From: a virus
DNA length: 64,000 nucleotides
Reading direction: 5' to 3' (one strand)
Virus record (IMG/VR): IMGVR_UViG_3300015372_000001
Location: 16,738-80,737 of that record
Below, one piece after another: positions 63,701 through 64,000 of the stretch. The position numbers were made by a program, and so were the translations under genes. Numbering within the stretch: position 1 is the first letter of the stretch; each line of letters starts with the position of its first letter. The notes below the pieces were generated by a model, which searched no databases, was not told where the DNA came from, and saw only the letters and a program-made list of their open reading frames with translations.

Positions 63701-64000
63701 GGCTACAAGCAGGCCTCGGGCCGGCTGGGGCAGAAGGCGTACGAGCGGATTCTGAGCCAGCAGTGGGGAGACAAGCCGTACGGCGGCTTCGCCGGTCCGG
63801 CGTATGAGGCCGGTGCCGACGAGGCGACCCGGCACAGGGAGCTGACCCGGCTCAGGGCGGACCGGGTGGGCGTGGTCAACCTGAAGCCGATCAGCCAGAT
63901 GACCGACAAGGAGCTGGAGCAGGAGGTAATCGCGGTCTCCCAGATCCGGCGAGTGCTCGGCGGCTTGACCGGCCAGCCCACCTTCGAGCAGAAGAAGGAG
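60746..64000 (+). CDS. Large post-portal protein (over 1080 aa, 3' end outside window); probable internal head protein with MPN/JAB-like segment
   Basis: ATG 60746 (MPFQSVKQRGYL..HPEI); no stop seen in the parts I translated, and it is absent from the ORF track as expected if it has no stop in the window; RRDPGSGQF motif; EGVILDRDG...RNRS.GGLTSED at ~62450-62690. Confidence 0.75.
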   Translation, partial: MPFQSVKQRGYLLAHPEITDKKGRSVGRKWLKEHGTKVEKNRGDGWLKPVVAGTVAGGLANQFPRVQDIEREARRKKKRKGVTKRLDTPDWPEDGFFNTKAAQQAYDLVMKMDRDTAEMFVTCVVSDALEADIEANRRTLQKHLNEVVAKQFTDLKRATMRVVAKSGDGEQEQVEFAQAVSALEEICKAGVVSKVKTPYDYGFVFREDLIRRDPGSGQFQTKIKRTQVRPINDKTAASMGIPEHTTENKPTKFTPKQKAQYQDEYRQLAHFLGSVAQSTQNSGDTRIDLHFEDDQGNQWIEEATSTRPKPGLLDPRDRNLRGVTAYPKTLNLGGAAFGLSGALGGGLSPQRVGQINTAAAQMPSFAQAWTRDYGHTDTNARLYGRTKAGGQLLTEVAPAGSKANLAGHFGRFVGQYGPQAEAVIGPPARKTAYRYRGTEKKPDEKMVEAYRQEVNRQMAFRSGFGDEETQTAVKTAQTRALKAEQNKIADREGKPVEAVRIPEDRRRQILDATKAKVRSVQRPGKPTWTEQNAASAAIIDHLQRPTSEGGAAPEKKLYNLQLASGNVPPSEGVILDRDGQIVTQAIGYGDDHYLPFNLKNLKALKGGSYIRNRSVGGLTSEDIYTGLVSGARQVTVVSRSGVFTMEFEPDFRGARRHNDKAARMTRRYEQLLDAVQSEQVERQGIDPDVRAVITQKVKAEADTVGRGVMTNADIRAEVKRRIQDYQASPELDDDTEEIIQLIVNNRTAGLTSPDSKKIRATVENEIARDKEYRYRLNGNGYAAALDGLREQFPYYIKVRSVPTKELERFETERDLGYIEPGKIRPTAAAAGLFGNVGAIQTPKYDKMGGKLSARDTNTYKPAFVQPEEPTAEPTETSTETAAETGEKKPETAPVPTTIGAIKEQAKYDDAAVTLQQAIKEHIDLSQDQLASKWYGLGSGEFRAWIQNKENQADFDQYVTTRAAEMTAGGTDPSALHRAAVVQPMAGYKQASGRLGQKAYERILSQQWGDKPYGGFAGPAYEAGADEATRHRELTRLRADRVGVVNLKPISQMTDKELEQEVIAVSQIRRVLGGLTGQPTFEQKKE

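Overview
The whole window reads as part of a high-GC tailed dsDNA phage, most likely a siphovirus of Actinomycetota (WhiB, actinophage-type lysins, apparent leaderless genes). I saw no host genes, integrase, tRNA or CRISPR array. Layout: (1) 1-7054, plus strand: 3' part of the tape measure gene and minor tail genes. (2) 7366-29575, minus strand: about 55 mostly small, tightly coupled accessory genes in at least three transcription units, including an AAA+ ATPase, a ParB-like protein, an HNH, three DUF6197-like genes and a DUF4262-like gene. (3) 31494-46161, plus strand: replication and recombination (DnaB, primase, SSB, DnaE-type polymerase, HNH, Cas4-like nuclease, two EEP nucleases, SGNH hydrolase, RuvC, WhiB). 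(4) 46019-64000, plus strand: TerS candidate, probable internal virion proteins, tail fibre, two endolysins, holin, TerL, portal, and a protein of more than 1080 aa that runs off the window. Best candidate for a new system: two paralogous 86-aa proteins ending in Gly-Gly with a ubiquitin-like strand/helix pattern (8860-9120, 20910-21170). Each lies beside members of a three-copy uncharacterised family with an invariant Cys-x-x-Pro and a P-x-x-D-x-x-x-GQ motif, near an AAA+ ATPase, with no E1 in the window. This suggests a minimal phage Ubl conjugation system (inference). Also notable: promoter-leader-terminator cassettes with a covarying two-hairpin RNA, a four-copy palindromic operator, an ORF nested in dnaE, and a shared N-terminal signal on probable internal virion proteins. 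All family calls are from motif recognition by eye; no searches were run.
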